The notes under the pieces: model-generated
What the model was told of the DNA's origin: nothing
Databases searched by the model: none
The model's input: only the letters and a program-made list of their open reading frames with translations
In this document: piece after piece, positions 21,395 through 34,854 of the stretch
Numbering within the stretch: position 1 is the first letter of the stretch
Layout: every line of letters begins with the position of its first letter
Origin: Heteronotia binoei
Lineage: Eukaryota
Reading direction: 5' to 3'
Length of the DNA stretch: 64,000 nucleotides
NCBI RefSeq assembly: GCF_032191835.1
Contig: NC_083223.1
Span: forward strand, 255,688,001-255,752,000
Made by a program: the position numbers and the translations under genes

Positions 21395-24300
21395 TGTATG
21401 CTGGGTCACTGCATCTTCGGCACTCTTTATAAGGTGATTGGTACACAGCTGCTATCAGTTGAACTAGGAAAAAGAAGAAAGGGAAAATAAGACTGATAAT
21501 AATCCCAGCTAGAAACACGCTCTGGTAACCCCTAATGTTTCCATGCAGATGCCCTAGATTATCCTGGTTCATCCTGCAAAGAGGGAGTTAACTTTTATCC
21601 TCAAAGTAATTTAGACAAGAGTTTGACTGGGGGGAAACGCTTAAGAACTGCGGTAGAGCACCTGCTTTGCCAGCCAAAGGTCTCAGGTTCAGTTCCTGGG
21701 AACTTCAGTTAAAGAATCTTGAGTAGTAGAAGCGAGATCTTTCTCTTCTAGAGACCCATGAGAGCTGCTGCCAGTCAGAAAAGATGGCAGGACCAAGCCA
21801 AATAATCTGGAGGTCCAACTTCAAAAGGAAGCTTCCTATGTTCATGCAAGCATAGATCTGACAGGTTGGAATTCACCAACGTATACCCCGCTGGCTAAAA
21901 TGGAAACCTTCATCTCAAGGGAGGGGATCAAGTATGTTGGAGTGATCCTACTTTGCATAGATTACAGCTATTGCTTTCAGCAGAACCCCCCCCACCCCCG
22001 CCATCACCTAGTGGGGTAGTCTAAAAACATATCCAACAAATGCACACTCTAATTCACACATGTAAAAAGGTTCCAAGTCTTCCTTCATACTGGATCAAAA
22101 CCAGATCCACCCAGTACAGCATTCTTTCAATAATCCCACCACTAAGGTGTCTGCTGAGAAACTAGCCAGCGATCCACGGGCAGCCTGCAGTCCAATTCAT
22201 GACAACCCTAGGATGGATGACATAAACTATTGCATCCTGCCTTACTCTACATGATGAGCACAAAGGGAAGTTCCTGGGCCTTTTTTGTAGCAGGAACTCC
22301 TTTGCATATTAAGTCACATCCCCCTGATGCAGCCAGTCCTCCGAGAGTTTACAGTAGGCCCTGTAATAACCTGTAAACTCTTGGAAGATTGGCTATATCA
22401 GGGGTGTGTGACCTAATATGCAAAGGAGTTCCTGCTACAAAAAAAAGCCCCAGGGAGTTCTAAACCAGAGTACAAAAGAAATCAATGACACACCCATGCA
22501 GAGTCCATCTGATAGGCAGTCAATACTCAAGCATCGAGCAACATCTGAATGCAGACTGTAAAGCTGCATGTGTACAAGCACGGCTTGTGGCCGAGCTCCC
22601 TCCTTGCACAAAGGATCCCAATTAGAAACATGTTCCCATTCCCCATAATGTTTGCACGCATGTGCACCACACCATCCTGAGAAGGACAGTATATACATGT
22701 TTTTTGAGGGGCGGCAAAATTAAAAAAAGATGCCCCCTTGTGGGCCCATAAAATAGAATGGACTCCATACCCGATTTGGTGCCCCCCCTCCAGCAGCGCC
22801 CAGGGCAAGTGCCCCTCTGCTCCCCCCTAGATCCAGCCCTGATCCTGAGCTTGTTCCCCACCTTCGAAACCAAGCAGAGTTCTAAACCTGGATGAAAGCT
22901 CAGTCTACAACCCCATCTTGGTGGAAGGAAGATGCAATTTCATCCGCTAGTCTCAGGCAGACTCGGGTCTTTCCCAACCTCCTGTTAACTCAAGATATAC
23001 ATGACTGAACCCAGGACCCCCGGGTACGCAATGCATGCATCTCAGCCACTTAGCCACAATCTGTCAACATGCCCTGGGGCCACAAAAAGCTCATTCCACT
23101 ATAAATCTACATAGCCCTTTGAGATGGCGCAAGGCCCTCAGTTGCTTTTTTGTGGGATTGCCAGTTCCTTGGTTGAAGCGGCCCTCCATGGATTTTGCAA
23201 CTGCACCAGCATGCGTACACACACACACACATCAAAGCAACCAACAAATTTCTCCAGCGTCAGTCCTTGAAGTGTTAGGGCTCCCTTCCCACAGATGCTT
23301 TAGCTGCAGTTTCCCCGGTTTCTGAAGCAAGCAAGTAATCTGCTTAACTCTAATTGATAAGGCAGGGGAAGGTGAAGTGACAACTCTAATCCGACTTGTC
23401 AAGTAGAAGGTGACAGAGAATTAACCCCACATGGCCTTGTGCGTGTGTGTGTGTGTATATGTGCGGTTTTGCTGGTTTATAGTCCAAATCCTGCATGAAG
23501 TTCAATAATTTTCAAAATAAATTTTACGCAGTTCATAATAGTGATCCCCTGAAGTTGGGGGGAGGGGAGGGAGAAAAAGCAAGAAATCTGCAAATCCCCC
23601 ATTGCAACAGCCAATCCATAAACATGCCCCTTGCCAACCACTCCAACCTCCTTCACACCACCTCACACTTGGTACAACTCAGGTTAACCAAGGCCACGCT
23701 AGGCCAGCTGTTCCCTTCCCAGTGGGGGCAGGAGAAGGCTGGTGCTGACCAAGTGGAAGCCGATTAACACCCTTATCTCTGCAGACAGCCAATTAAAATG
23801 GCAGGTTACACCCCCAACACCCACCCCTTTTCCTGCCAGAACACTGTCTGATTCCAGTTTTGTTCAGACTGGCACAGGGAAGTTGCCAACCTCCAGGTAG
23901 GGACTGGAGATCCCTCCAGGTTACAGTTTCTCTCCAGACAACTTCCCTCCAGAGAAAATGGCGGCTTTGCAAAGTGGAACCTATGGCATTATACCTTGCT
24001 GAGGTCCCTCTCCAATCCCCAAACTCCAGCTCCACTCCCAAATCTTCAGGGATTTCCCAGAGTTGGGAATCCTTCAGACACAAGAAGAATAATTCTGCCT
24101 TCATTTTCTGGTATATACTGTCTAGGTTCCAAAGGGCTACAAAGGTTTATGCAAGAGGCTTGCAAAAGCCCATGGGATTTTTAAAGCAACTAAATTTCCC
24201 TCTCCGCCCTCTTCAGTCCCCAAATCACAAACTACACTTGAAAAACTTCTGGCTTCAAAATAGCAGTCTGATACATAAATGTATTGCATATGGGGGGTAG

Positions 24301-24753
24301 GGGAGAGAATGAGCATAAAACCTTCCGGACTTCACAAAACTAATTCTGTAATCCTGTAATCCTGTAATTCTGTAAGTTTGTTCAGAAAAAATACATGCCA
24401 CCCCCCCCCCGCAGAGATATGCTAGAGGAGTTTCACAAAAACAGAACACAACAAAATTATTTTAAAAACCAGCATTAAAACATTAAAATTAATATCCCAT
24501 TCACAGCTATTAAAAACAGCCAGAGGATAAAAACAGCACCAAACATTTCACTACCAAAAAATGTCTCTTTGTGCCAAAAGAAAGTGTGTGTTTCCCATCA
24601 TATCTTCCTGCTGTTTTACAACTTTGAAAACAAAACCGGACCAGCTACTGCAGAATAAAATGAGACTGTAAGAGCCCTGCTGGATCAGGCCAGTGGTCCA
24701 CCTAGTGAGTCGAACTTCCTGTCTCACTCAATGGACAATCAGTTCCTCTGGAG

Positions 24754-25115
24754 CAGGGGTGTCAAACATGCGGCCCAGGGCTCGAATTAGGCCCCCAAAG
24801 GGCTCCTCTCAGGCCCCCGAGCAACTGGCCCTTGGCTGCTTCCTTCTCCCTCTCTCTTGCTTCCTTCTGCATCACAGCTTGCTTTGCCAGGCTTGCTCAA
24901 TTGCACAGGAGCTACAGAGCAAAGTCTCCATTTTCTCCATTGGCTGAGGCTCCTCTCTTGGGCAGGAAGGGGAGAGAGAGAGTTTGCTTTGCCAGGCTCT
25001 CTCAATTGCACAGCAGAACTACTGAGTCAAGTCTCTCTTCCTTATGTTGGCTGAGGCTTCTCTCCCTCCTGGTCTCCTGGGGAAGGAAGGAAAGAGCCAG
25101 AGCTTCCTTTACAAG

Positions 25116-25157
<42 letters not shown>

Positions 25158-25382
25158 CCCAAGGGAAAAATACAAAGAAAGCACCTTTAAGACAAACAAC
25201 TGCTAATGTTTTAAGTTTAAAAAAACTTTAGTCATACTGGTGTCCTTTAAAAAGCTTACATCTCTGCTACTTAATCTTAAATAGGTACACACATGGCCCA
25301 CCCCGACACAGCCCGGCCTGGCCTGACAAGGTCTCATTTATGTCAGATCCGACCCTCATAACAAATGAGTTTGACACCCCTG
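24754..25382 (-). mobile_element. Same hAT family as 13469-14070, in the opposite orientation, inserted in a CR1 UTR
   Basis: TIR CAGGGGTGTCAAAC / GTTTGACACCCCTG; internal sequence is the reverse complement of 13469-14070 plus a (GA)n expansion. Confidence 0.88.
25118..25153. repeat. (GA)n microsatellite
   Basis: Uninterrupted GA run inside the hAT element. Confidence 0.95.
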
Positions 25383-25784
25383 GCATAGAGGGGCCTGGGC
25401 CTTTCTCTGATGTTGCCTCCTGGCTCTGGGACTCAGAGACTTAATGGGTGGAGATCAACTTTTAGCAGTGTGTAACGGGGCCCTCTGACATTGATCTGCT
25501 ATGGGGGCATTACCAGGATGTCCATCTTTATCCGACTTTAAGAAGAAACCTCAGGGGATGGCCTTTGTCTCTATGCCTTGGCGATTTTTACCCTCTAGGC
25601 TAGACACAGTGTAAAACACCATGCTGCACAAGATGGGCCACTGGGCTGGTCCTACAGGGCTCTTCTGATGATCATTACTAAAAGATCAAATGGCATGGAG
25701 ATTTGAACCCGCATCTAACATTCCCTCTATTATTCTAACATTGACTTCAACTTTAAATTTGCATGCAGCCAGCCAGGTCAGAAG

Positions 25785-26301
25785 CAATGCTCCCCCTAAA
25801 CCAGGGGTAGTCAAACTGTAGCTTGGGAGCCACATGCGGCTTTCACACATATTGTGTGTCTCCTGATGCCCCTACCACCCCCATCAGCCAGCTTGGAGAA
25901 GCCATTTGTCTCTTTAAATCACTTCTCCAAGCCAAGCCAGCTGGTGGCTTGGAGAATCATTTAAAGTTAAAGTTGCTTTCTTTCCACCTCTACCTCCCCC
26001 TTCCCCATTTATTTCCTCCCTTCCTCAAACATCTGACGTCCATGTCTTGCTGCAGCTCTCAAACATCTGACTTGATTTTATTTGGCTCTTACATTAAGTA
26101 AGTTTGGCCACCCTTGCTCTAAACTGTGGAGTCTTGTGAGCAAAAATTCTACTTTGTGAGCTAATGGCATTAAAGCTGTGAGCTACCTTGTAAATTAGTC
26201 TGCTCTAGAGCCATTTTTCCCGAGGTAAGCCAAAAATGTGTGAGCTGGAGGCTAAAAAACTGTGAGCTAGCCCACACTAACTCAGCTTAGAGGGAACATT
26301 G
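25785..26301. mobile_element. hAT MITE (CAATG/CAGTG-TTCCCTCTAAGCTG family) with another hAT nested in its left TIR
   Basis: Outer TSD GTCAGAAG is perfect; inner element 25802-26116 has TSD CCCTAAAC/CTCTAAAC. Confidence 0.9.
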
Positions 26302-27143
26302 GTCAGAAGAGATGGAGAAAGAGAAGGGGTGGGATGTGCAATGAAAAGGGGATGCAGCAAACTTCGTTGTGTTGCAACAGTGTTCAGGCCTGGCCTGACT
26401 GAGCAAGCCATCTGAAGAGCAGGTCCAGGCAGCAACTGACTGTTAGAACCACCAGTTTCGCTCTCACTGATCAACTTCCTTATTGCAGCGGGAGAGAGAG
26501 AAGTGAAACCAACAGATGGAGGGATGCTGGAAGGCCAAGAGGTGATGATGGTTGGGGGGACGGGAATAATCAACATTTGGGGGTGGCCGCAAAGCAACAG
26601 CGGTCAGGGCCTCTATTCACAGCTTGAAGCAGCAGCGTTTCAGGCTGCACAAGCCCAAATTCCCTGTTCGAGGCAGCTGTCAAAAAAGGAATAGGAGTGC
26701 CCCCATCACCACCGCAGTTCCTTTGCTTAGCATCTGGTCACTCCACTGACATCAAGCGGAAGGCGTGGGAGGTCAGAGGACTTCACAGGAAGCCTTCAAA
26801 CAAGCAGGTCAAAAGTCACAATGCACCACAACATTTTCAATACCACTGCTTTGCATTTGAAACATTTTAAAAACATGGTGCATGCATTTTCTTTCTGTAA
26901 CCCATAGAACAACCCTGTAAAAGAAGCCAGGATTATCATTTCTGTATATCAGACAGTAAACATCTTACCTACAGTGACCTAGCAAGTTCATGACAGAGTC
27001 AAGATTCAAATGAATTACTTCCCAATCAGAGATGCCAGCCTCCAGGTGGGACCTGGAGATCTCCTGGAATTACAGCTCCATCTCCAGACTACAGAGATCA
27101 GTTCTTGTGGGGGAAATGAATGTTTTTGGAGGGTGGACTCCAT

Positions 27144-27260
27144 CAGAGCCGGTGCCAGGCTTCCTGCAGCCCTCTTGGGAGGGCCCCAGGAGCAGCCACT
27201 GCCCTCCCTGCACCAGTGAAAGGTCCCACCTAAGGTTGCTTAATGGGCGCTCCAGCCCTA
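27144..27260. mobile_element. Small hAT-like insertion inside a Blackjack-like MITE
   Basis: Ends CAGAGCCGG / CCAGCCCTA; TSD GACTCCAT/AACTCTAT (6/8). Confidence 0.6.
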
Positions 27261-27469
27261 AACTCTATGGTATTTTAGCCCACTAAGGTACCTGTCCTCC
27301 ACAGGCTCTATCCCAAATCTCGAGGAGTTTCTCGACCTGGATCTGGCAATTCTCCCCCCACCCCAAATCCCTTGCCAGAGGCCAAGGGGGCCCTGACAAC
27401 CCTATTCAAGACGAGCAGCTGAATTAGTCTACAGCTGCAGAATAAAACAGGAGACTGGAATCTATTTTC

Positions 27470-27875
27470 CAGTAGGTAGCCCTGTTGGTCTAAAACAGCA
27501 CAATGTCTGAGTCCAATGGCACCTTTAAGGCCAACAAAGTTTTATTTGGATATAAGCTTTTTCTTCAGAGGGGTGCATGCACATGAAAGCTGATACCCAG
27601 ACTAAAATGCTGTTGGTCTTAAAAGTGCCACTGGATTCAGACTTACCATTGGAAACAACTTAACAAAATTTACCTCAGCATAAGCATTCATGAGTCAGAG
27701 CTCACTTCATCAGATGCATGGGAGTAGAAATCCATCTGGCTAATTTATACACATACGGGGTCTCGTTTTGAACCAGCCTCTGTGTAACATGCCCAACACA
27801 CACACACACACACACATTTTTGTTAGTGTATATCAACTCACAAAAGCTTAAAAACTGGAATGAATTTTGTTAGTT
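27470..27875. mobile_element. Penelope-like element terminal fragments (inverted arms)
   Basis: GGTAGCCCTGTTGGTC...GTCCAATGGCACCTTTAAG...AAGCTTT...ACTTCATCAGATGC motifs in inverted arrangement. Related copies at ~18235-18432, 39735-39915, 43245-43315 and 51213-51430. Confidence 0.6.
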
Positions 27876-30800
27876 TTCAGCACTTCTGTTTTATTTCCAG
27901 CTCATAGCTCAACCTCTTACACCAGTTCTTTATGCAAGTACAGAATGGTCCTTTTTTTGTTTAGTTTTTTTTCTGCATACATTTAAAAATCCTCTTCTGC
28001 TTACCACAGGGAGAGATAACCTATCCAGACACTTGAATCTCACCCCTCCGTATACGAGAAATCCCATTTAGTTGTGCTTCTCAGGTCGCTGCTCAAATAC
28101 ATCCAAACTTCTCTCAACCATAAGGGCAAGAAACTTTTTTTTTTTTTTAAAGGGTCAGGATTTTGCTAGGCAGCAGAATTTTGTACCGAGACACATTCTG
28201 AACTTTTTCAGCACTTCATGGCATAGGTACGGACCTGCCTACAATCCTTCAGGCCCACAGTCATTTACCCCAACTAAGAGTTGGGTCACTTTATGCATAA
28301 TAAAACTGAGTGGTGCATCACCTGTGGCCTGGAACGTGAGAGAGGAAAAGACAGCAATTCTGAATCATGCACAGCATCATTTGTGTGCTCCACAGAGCCA
28401 TAATTGAGCAATTACATGATTTTTGCACACTGAGATAATTTGGGGAACAGTCCATAAGTGAGTCCTAGAAGAACCCAGGCTCTCCTGGGATGCGTACCAC
28501 TTCTGGCCCCAGGTTAAGTCCAAAAAGTGTCCCATACCCTAGTTGGGAAATTCCTGGAGATTTGTGCATGGCACCTAGGGAGGGACTTTGGTGGGGTACA
28601 AAGCGATATAGTCCACCCTCTACATCAGTCCTTTTCTCCAAGGGAAAAAGGGTTGTCAGCCTCCAGCTGGTAGCTGGAGATTCCTCCAGAATTACGACTG
28701 ATTTCCAGACAGCAGAGCTCGGCTCCCCTGGAGAAAAAGGCTGCTTTGGAGGGTGGATGCTATGGCACTATACCCCACTGAGCTCTCTCCTCTTCCCAAA
28801 CCTCACCCTCCTCAGGCTCCTCCTCCAAAATCTCCAGATATTTCCACAGCCCAGCAGGCAACCCTAAATGATCTCCTTAGTGTGCAGATTAGCTGTAATT
28901 CTGGGAGATCTCCACACCCCACCTGGAGTCTGGCAATTGTACCATATGCACACAAAAATCCATCCACATCTGGAAACATAAGAAGCCATCCTTTCTGTCC
29001 AGGATTTGAATCAGGAACCTCAAGGGCAAGGCTGAGCCTGTGACTTAACCCAGTGATCTATCTAGACTGCGCACCCTACACACTGGAAAAGAGAGCAGGA
29101 ATGCAGCATCTACATCTGTGATTGGCCAGCACTGTGAAACGTTTGGATTGGTCCGGCTTGGTATACAGCCTAAGATTCTTGCCTAGTAAGCTGAGCTGAG
29201 CAGTCCCTTCCATCTACTTGTTCCTTAAAACCCAGCCCCCATCCCCCACTCTGGCCACCGCACAAATGAACAGAGACCCATCCCAAGTCCACATCTGGAT
29301 AACCCAGACAGGGTCCAACAGTGTCAGAAGCAACGAGGCAGCCCTGGCTCATTCGCAGGCCTCGCTCATGCCCCACTCAGCGTTACCCTCCAAATTCTTG
29401 GCTAAAAATTCTGACCTACTTACTGGCAATATTGCAAAGGCATGAATGATTTAGGAGCCTCTGGCTAATCGCATGCCAAGGTAGGCTGCAGTGTTATATA
29501 ATACAGTAGTTATCCTCCATGCAACGGCACCTACAGGGAAGAGGAGAGCACGCGCAGCAGTTAACGGGTCTGTTTGCTGGTCCACAGCCGCTCGGTTTAC
29601 AGATGGCCAGTTCCCATGTTGGCGAAAGGTCACACACACGCAAAACAGCAGGCTAATTTGGAGTATTCCCAAAAGGTCTGAAGGCACCTGAAGGAAACCT
29701 CCTTTCTCTGCTTATTTTGTCAGGTTAAAAAAGCCTGAAAGCAGCTGGGGTCCCAGGTACTGACAGGGTAACAGCCCTGTAAATCAAAACAACATATGAA
29801 GATAGACCACATTCTGAAAAGCAGAGGGTCTTTTCATGCGGCAATTTTCCAGGTTAGGGTGCTGATCCACTACGGTTTTTCTCCAAGTTTCCTCACATCC
29901 TCATTTTTTCCATTTGCCATTTTTTTGTGTGTGTGTTTTCCTGGTCATTTTGCTGTGGGTTTTTTTTTTCAAACTACCTCCGAGTTGAGAAAACAGGGGA
30001 GGGAAAATGACAATAAACCACAGGAGGGCAACAAACAAGGAGAGAACAACTTCTGCAGGTAGGCAAACAAGTCACAGCAAAACATCTATGTGAAGAGACC
30101 CAAATGTGTGGATTTTGCAAGCTCTAGAAAAGAGAACAAGTTAACTTGCATGATTTCTCCTTTGTGCTAAGCCATGGGGGGGGGGGGGACACAAAGAACT
30201 ATGCAATTCCCCCACATACACACACCTTATCTATTGGGAGTTTTACTCATCCCTGCTCTACCTTCAGAGATTTCACCCAACATTGTTTATATACTTTGAA
30301 ACCTCCTCTCACACCCATGAGGACTAGAAACCTGCTCTCGTTTCTATTAAAGCGGAAACTCTATGGTGGGTGAATTGTTTTGTGTTTCTGTAGGAAGTTT
30401 TTCTTGATTGCCATGACCATTGGCTGAGCAAACCCACCCTGGAAACGAAACCCAACAGATTCAGGCAAAACTAACTTGACAATCCTATTGGGGCAGGAAA
30501 CACCTGGTCTTCAGGACATCCTCCCCTCCCTTTTTGCTTTCAAAGTGGGAGAGCTGGCAGGTGAGAGTATCAAGCCAGTGTTTTAAGGCCAGGTGTTAAG
30601 ACTACTGATGTGCAAAATATCCAGCGGGGGTACTGGTGTGGAACCAATAGCAACAGCCAGGCAGGTCCAGCTGAGCACAAGCCAGATCCTTTTCCAGAGA
30701 CGGTCAAAGAGAACTAGGGAAGAGGAGAGCGAGGCTAAATATCCTATTCACACACACAGACACACACCTGCCTTTCTCATGAGTCAGCAGCTCCTTAGCC

Positions 30801-31577
30801 TACACTGAAACTTCCACGAGGCCGCCTCACGCCCCACGCCTCCCACGCAAAACACATCGCTTTCAAGTTGACTGACAGCGCAGCCTGTCATGCTCCCCAT
30901 GGAAACCAAACACACACGCTCTCATTTGTCTGCCCCCCCTCCCCCACACTTTAAAAATAATAATAATAATAAGTCTGTGGCAGTAACTCTCTTGGTTCTG
31001 ACAACACACAGTGGCAAGTTATAAGTCACCCTCCCAGCGAGTAATTAAGCCACAGTGAATCAAGCAAGAGGCTTCTAACCTTCCGGGTGGGGCACACACA
31101 GCTGAAACATGGCCAAAGGGGACCACCCAAGTCGGCTTATTCATCTCCTCACGTGCCCAGCGCCGAGGTCATTTCAGCTACTGGGGTTTTTTTTCTTTTA
31201 AAAGAGGGGAGGGGGGAGCGAAAGATTTCAAAGCCTAGGCCCAAAGGCACTCCAACGGGTGAGGCAGCTGCATGGTGTGTGGCACTCCTGGGGAAGGGAG
31301 CCGATGCCTCAAAAATGAGCCGGGCCTGTTTGATTCACCTCACGGCTCCCCAACCAACTCTATAATCATCACTGCGCCATGCATCAAAGCACACTTGCCA
31401 CAACTGCTGACCATTACCGGGTATAAACACAGCAGTGAAGAAGTGGGTGGGGTGGAGGGGCAGACATATGAGCTCTTTTCCCAGCACCACAGCACTTTCC
31501 CCCACTTGTCACCAAAGGTACCCTTGGATTTCATGCTACGTTTGAGCCGGCAAATGTTCCTAATTCTGTAGGGACTG

Positions 31578-31857
31578 TCGTGTTTGGTATAATGGTTAAG
31601 TGTGTGGACTCTTATCTGGGAGAACTGGGTTTGATTCCTCACTCCTCCACTTGTAGCTGCTGGAATGGCCTTGGATCAGCCACAGCTATCACAGAGCTTG
31701 TCCTTGAAAGGGCAGCTTCTGAGAGAGCTCTCTCAGTCCCACCTACCTCACAGGGTGTCTGTTGTGGGGAGGAAGATAAAGGAGATTGTGAGCCACTCTG
31801 AGACTCTGAGTGGAGGGCAGAATACAAATCCAATGTCGTCTTATTCTTATTCCTCCT
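31578..31857 (+). mobile_element. Squam3-like SINE
   Basis: Head, core and tail homologous to 8818-9100, more diverged. Confidence 0.9.
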
Positions 31858-32667
31858 GTTCCACATAAATCTTTGAACTTTTGAGGAAACTGGGAAGAGG
31901 GGGCTTATAAAAACCACACTCACATTCATGAGCACCCCCAAGAATTATTTGGGTTTCAGCTTCTTGGTGCAAGCCTTAATCATCTTGATTCCAGTGCAAG
32001 ACACAAAATGCCAAAGCCCTGGCTAGTGGCTGAGTAGTATACCTTTTACAGCGACAGTCATCATGTGATTAAGTTATTAAGCTTTTTTAAAAGGAAGGTG
32101 TTGTGATCAGTTTCCCCTACATACCTAACTGCTTCAGGAAGCCAAGTGCAGACCTAACTATTACAAAGTAAATAAATGCAGCAGGTACTGACTAGGCCTC
32201 AGGGTCTGACCTGTATTCAAAGTTTTTAGCCCCCTCTTTGGGGTCCCCAGAGGCAAGAATAACCCCTCACCATAAGGAACCAGAATGAAGCAGGCTTGGT
32301 AGTTCTGCTGTTTGCTCCAAGGCCCCAGACACCATTAAGAATGTGTAATGGTTACAACTTCAGACAATGAGCTGGGATTACCAACTTCAAGGAGGGATTA
32401 CAATTGATCTTCAGATTATGAAGCCCAGGTCTCCTGCAGAAAGTGGCTGCTGCAAAGGCTGGACTCTACGGCATCACATCTCTATTGAGCTCCCTCACCT
32501 CCCCAAATTCCACCCTCCCCAGGCCAGACATCTCTCCCAAATCGCAAGGAATTTCCCAAGGCAGACCTGGAAACTCTACTGTGAGCTGGGAAACCCAAGG
32601 TCAAATCCCCGTCCAGCCTTGAAACATACAGGAGGATCTTATGGGCTACTGGCTCTCTCTCTTTCAG

Positions 32668-33272
32668 TCTAACAGGCTGCCAGTTACATACCGGGTCCGA
32701 TACAAAGTGCTGGTTATTACCTTTAAAGCCCTATATGGCCGGGGACCTGCCAACCTGAGGGACCGTCTCTCCCCATATGAGCCCCAAAGAGCACTGAGGT
32801 CAGCTGGGAAGAATATGCTGACTATCCCTCGGCCAAAGGAGGCAAAATTACAGAGTACACGGGCACGGGCCTTCTCTGTTATAGCCCCGTGCCTTTGGAA
32901 TCAACTTCCGGAGGAAGTACGGGCCCTGCGGAATTTGGACCAATTCCGCAGGGCCTGTAAGACCATTCTTTTCAAGCAGGCTTTTGTAGACGTTGATAGG
33001 TTGGCTATTTAATCCACCAACGATTTATCTAGTGACCCCTGCCATAATATAAGTGTACAGAATAACATCAGGAAGATCACCGCCGTTTAAACTATGGAAC
33101 GACCCAGACAGTTGGAACTGGTTTTTAGATCGTTGTTTTAAATTAATGTATAATTTAAATGTTGTTTTAAATCACCTTATATTGTATATTGTATAATTTT
33201 ATTGAACTGTTGTTAGCCGCCCTGAGCCTGCCTAGGCGGGGAGGGCGGGATATAAATAAAATTTATTATTAT
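32668..33272 (+). mobile_element. L2 LINE 3' fragment
   Basis: RLPVTYRVRYKVLVITFKALYG...RAFSVIAPCLWNQLP...FRRACKTILF; 3' end GCCGCCCTGAG...GAGGGCGGGATATAAAT. Confidence 0.9.
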
Positions 33273-34854
33273 TACTAATCTACCTCACAGGGTTATTGGA
33301 AGAATGAAACAGAAGAGGACAGAACCATGAATGTTACTTTGAGCTAGGGATGCCAGCCTCCAGGTGAGACCTAGGGATCTCCCAGAATTACAGCTCATCT
33401 GAGATCAATTCCCCTGAAGAGATGCTTTGAAGGGCGAACCCTATGGCCTTGCACCCCACTGCGGTCCCTGTCTTCCCCAGGTTCCATCCCCAAACCTCCA
33501 GGAGTTTTCCAGCCTGGATCCGGCAACCCTACCCCATCATCCCTGACAGGTGGCTGAGGGAACTGACAACCTTATCTCGAGCTTAATTGAGGAAGGGTAG
33601 GACAAAAATGTGAGTGACAAACAAACCATCTCCTGATTTCCCAGATACCACCCTATAGCAACCTGGTTCCACTCTCTCTTTCACATGGTTAGGAGTGGAC
33701 TTCAAGAGTTCTAGCAATCTGACATTCAATAGGTAGATAACAGCCTCTAGCAATCAGGCAGCAGAGAACAGAGTCAGGACTCAAAATATCATTCTTCTTT
33801 ACCCTTAAATGTTCAGATCACCCTAGAGAACAAACAGATGAACCAGCAGAGCCGGTAAAAATAATGTGTGAATCTGCAACGACAAGGACAGACACAAGAC
33901 CAATGTAGCCATAAAGGACTGACTCTTCATATTCACATTTCTTGGGGGGAGAGCAGAGAAACATTGAGTGCTTTAGATGTGCTTTGGTGCTAAAGCCCTA
34001 ACTTGGGCATAGCGGAAGGGAGGCATTACAACCCACGCCGTTTATTCTGGTCTCTTCTCTTGCTGCCTTGTTATATTTATCCCCACTTCCTCAACTTCTA
34101 AGGCCTGCGGGGGGGGGGGGGAATAATTAATTTCCCCCAGATTCCTGTTGACATCATTCTTGCAATAAGGCTTGCCTCATTCAGGCCAGCAGCGGAGCAT
34201 CTGCTTTGCATACACAAGATCCCAGATTCAACCCCCAACATCTCTGGTTAAAAGGAATTCGTGCTTGCGATGGGGCAAGAGAAGACTTTTGCCAGAAACC
34301 TTGGAATGCCACTGACAGTCAAAGGAGGCACTATGGGGTTAGACAGGCCAATGGTCTGACTCAGTATAAGCCTCAGTCTTGGGATCATATGTTCATGTGG
34401 TACGCTGGAGGACAGAATACTATGATAGGCCTCTAATTTCATTTTTTTTAAAAAAGAAGAGGAGAACAAGACAATCAATGAGGCACCCAAAAATTCAGTT
34501 CAAGTCTAATTTTTTTGTGTGACTCGTTGATTCAGGACCAGCTTTTCATACAACCTGTTACCACTTCTTACAAATCATGGCAGGCAGTTACAGATTTTAG
34601 GGTACCCAGACAAGATGCCTAAAGAGGCCTCCCATTTACCCTCCTTGTGTAAAGAACCAGACCCCATTTCTCACCCCCAACCTAAGAAACTGAGGAATTT
34701 CCCCTAGTCGCTATGGTGAAAACCACAGAGAGGCAGCCTAGAGAGTCGCTTGGCAGTTACATCACATCTTCCCCGAACTTCATCATCCCCAAAGACTCCC
34801 AGCATTTGCTGGGGCAGTGCTGGGAATGCCACCTCTAAACCAGACTGAACTGAC

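Noticed and set aside
20853-21572. Long ORFs spanning 20961-21394 and 44167-44471
   Set aside because: Artefacts of translating N runs.
24345-24376. (ATCCTGTA)n octamer run as a CR1 tail
   Set aside because: It resembles a CR1 octamer tail, but no CR1 body is recognisable upstream; treated as a simple repeat.
29727-29770. Plus-strand micro-exon after a pyrimidine tract (also the acceptor-like site at ~60200)
   Set aside because: Weak or absent donor and closed or unrecognisable frames; such pseudo-sites are common in introns.
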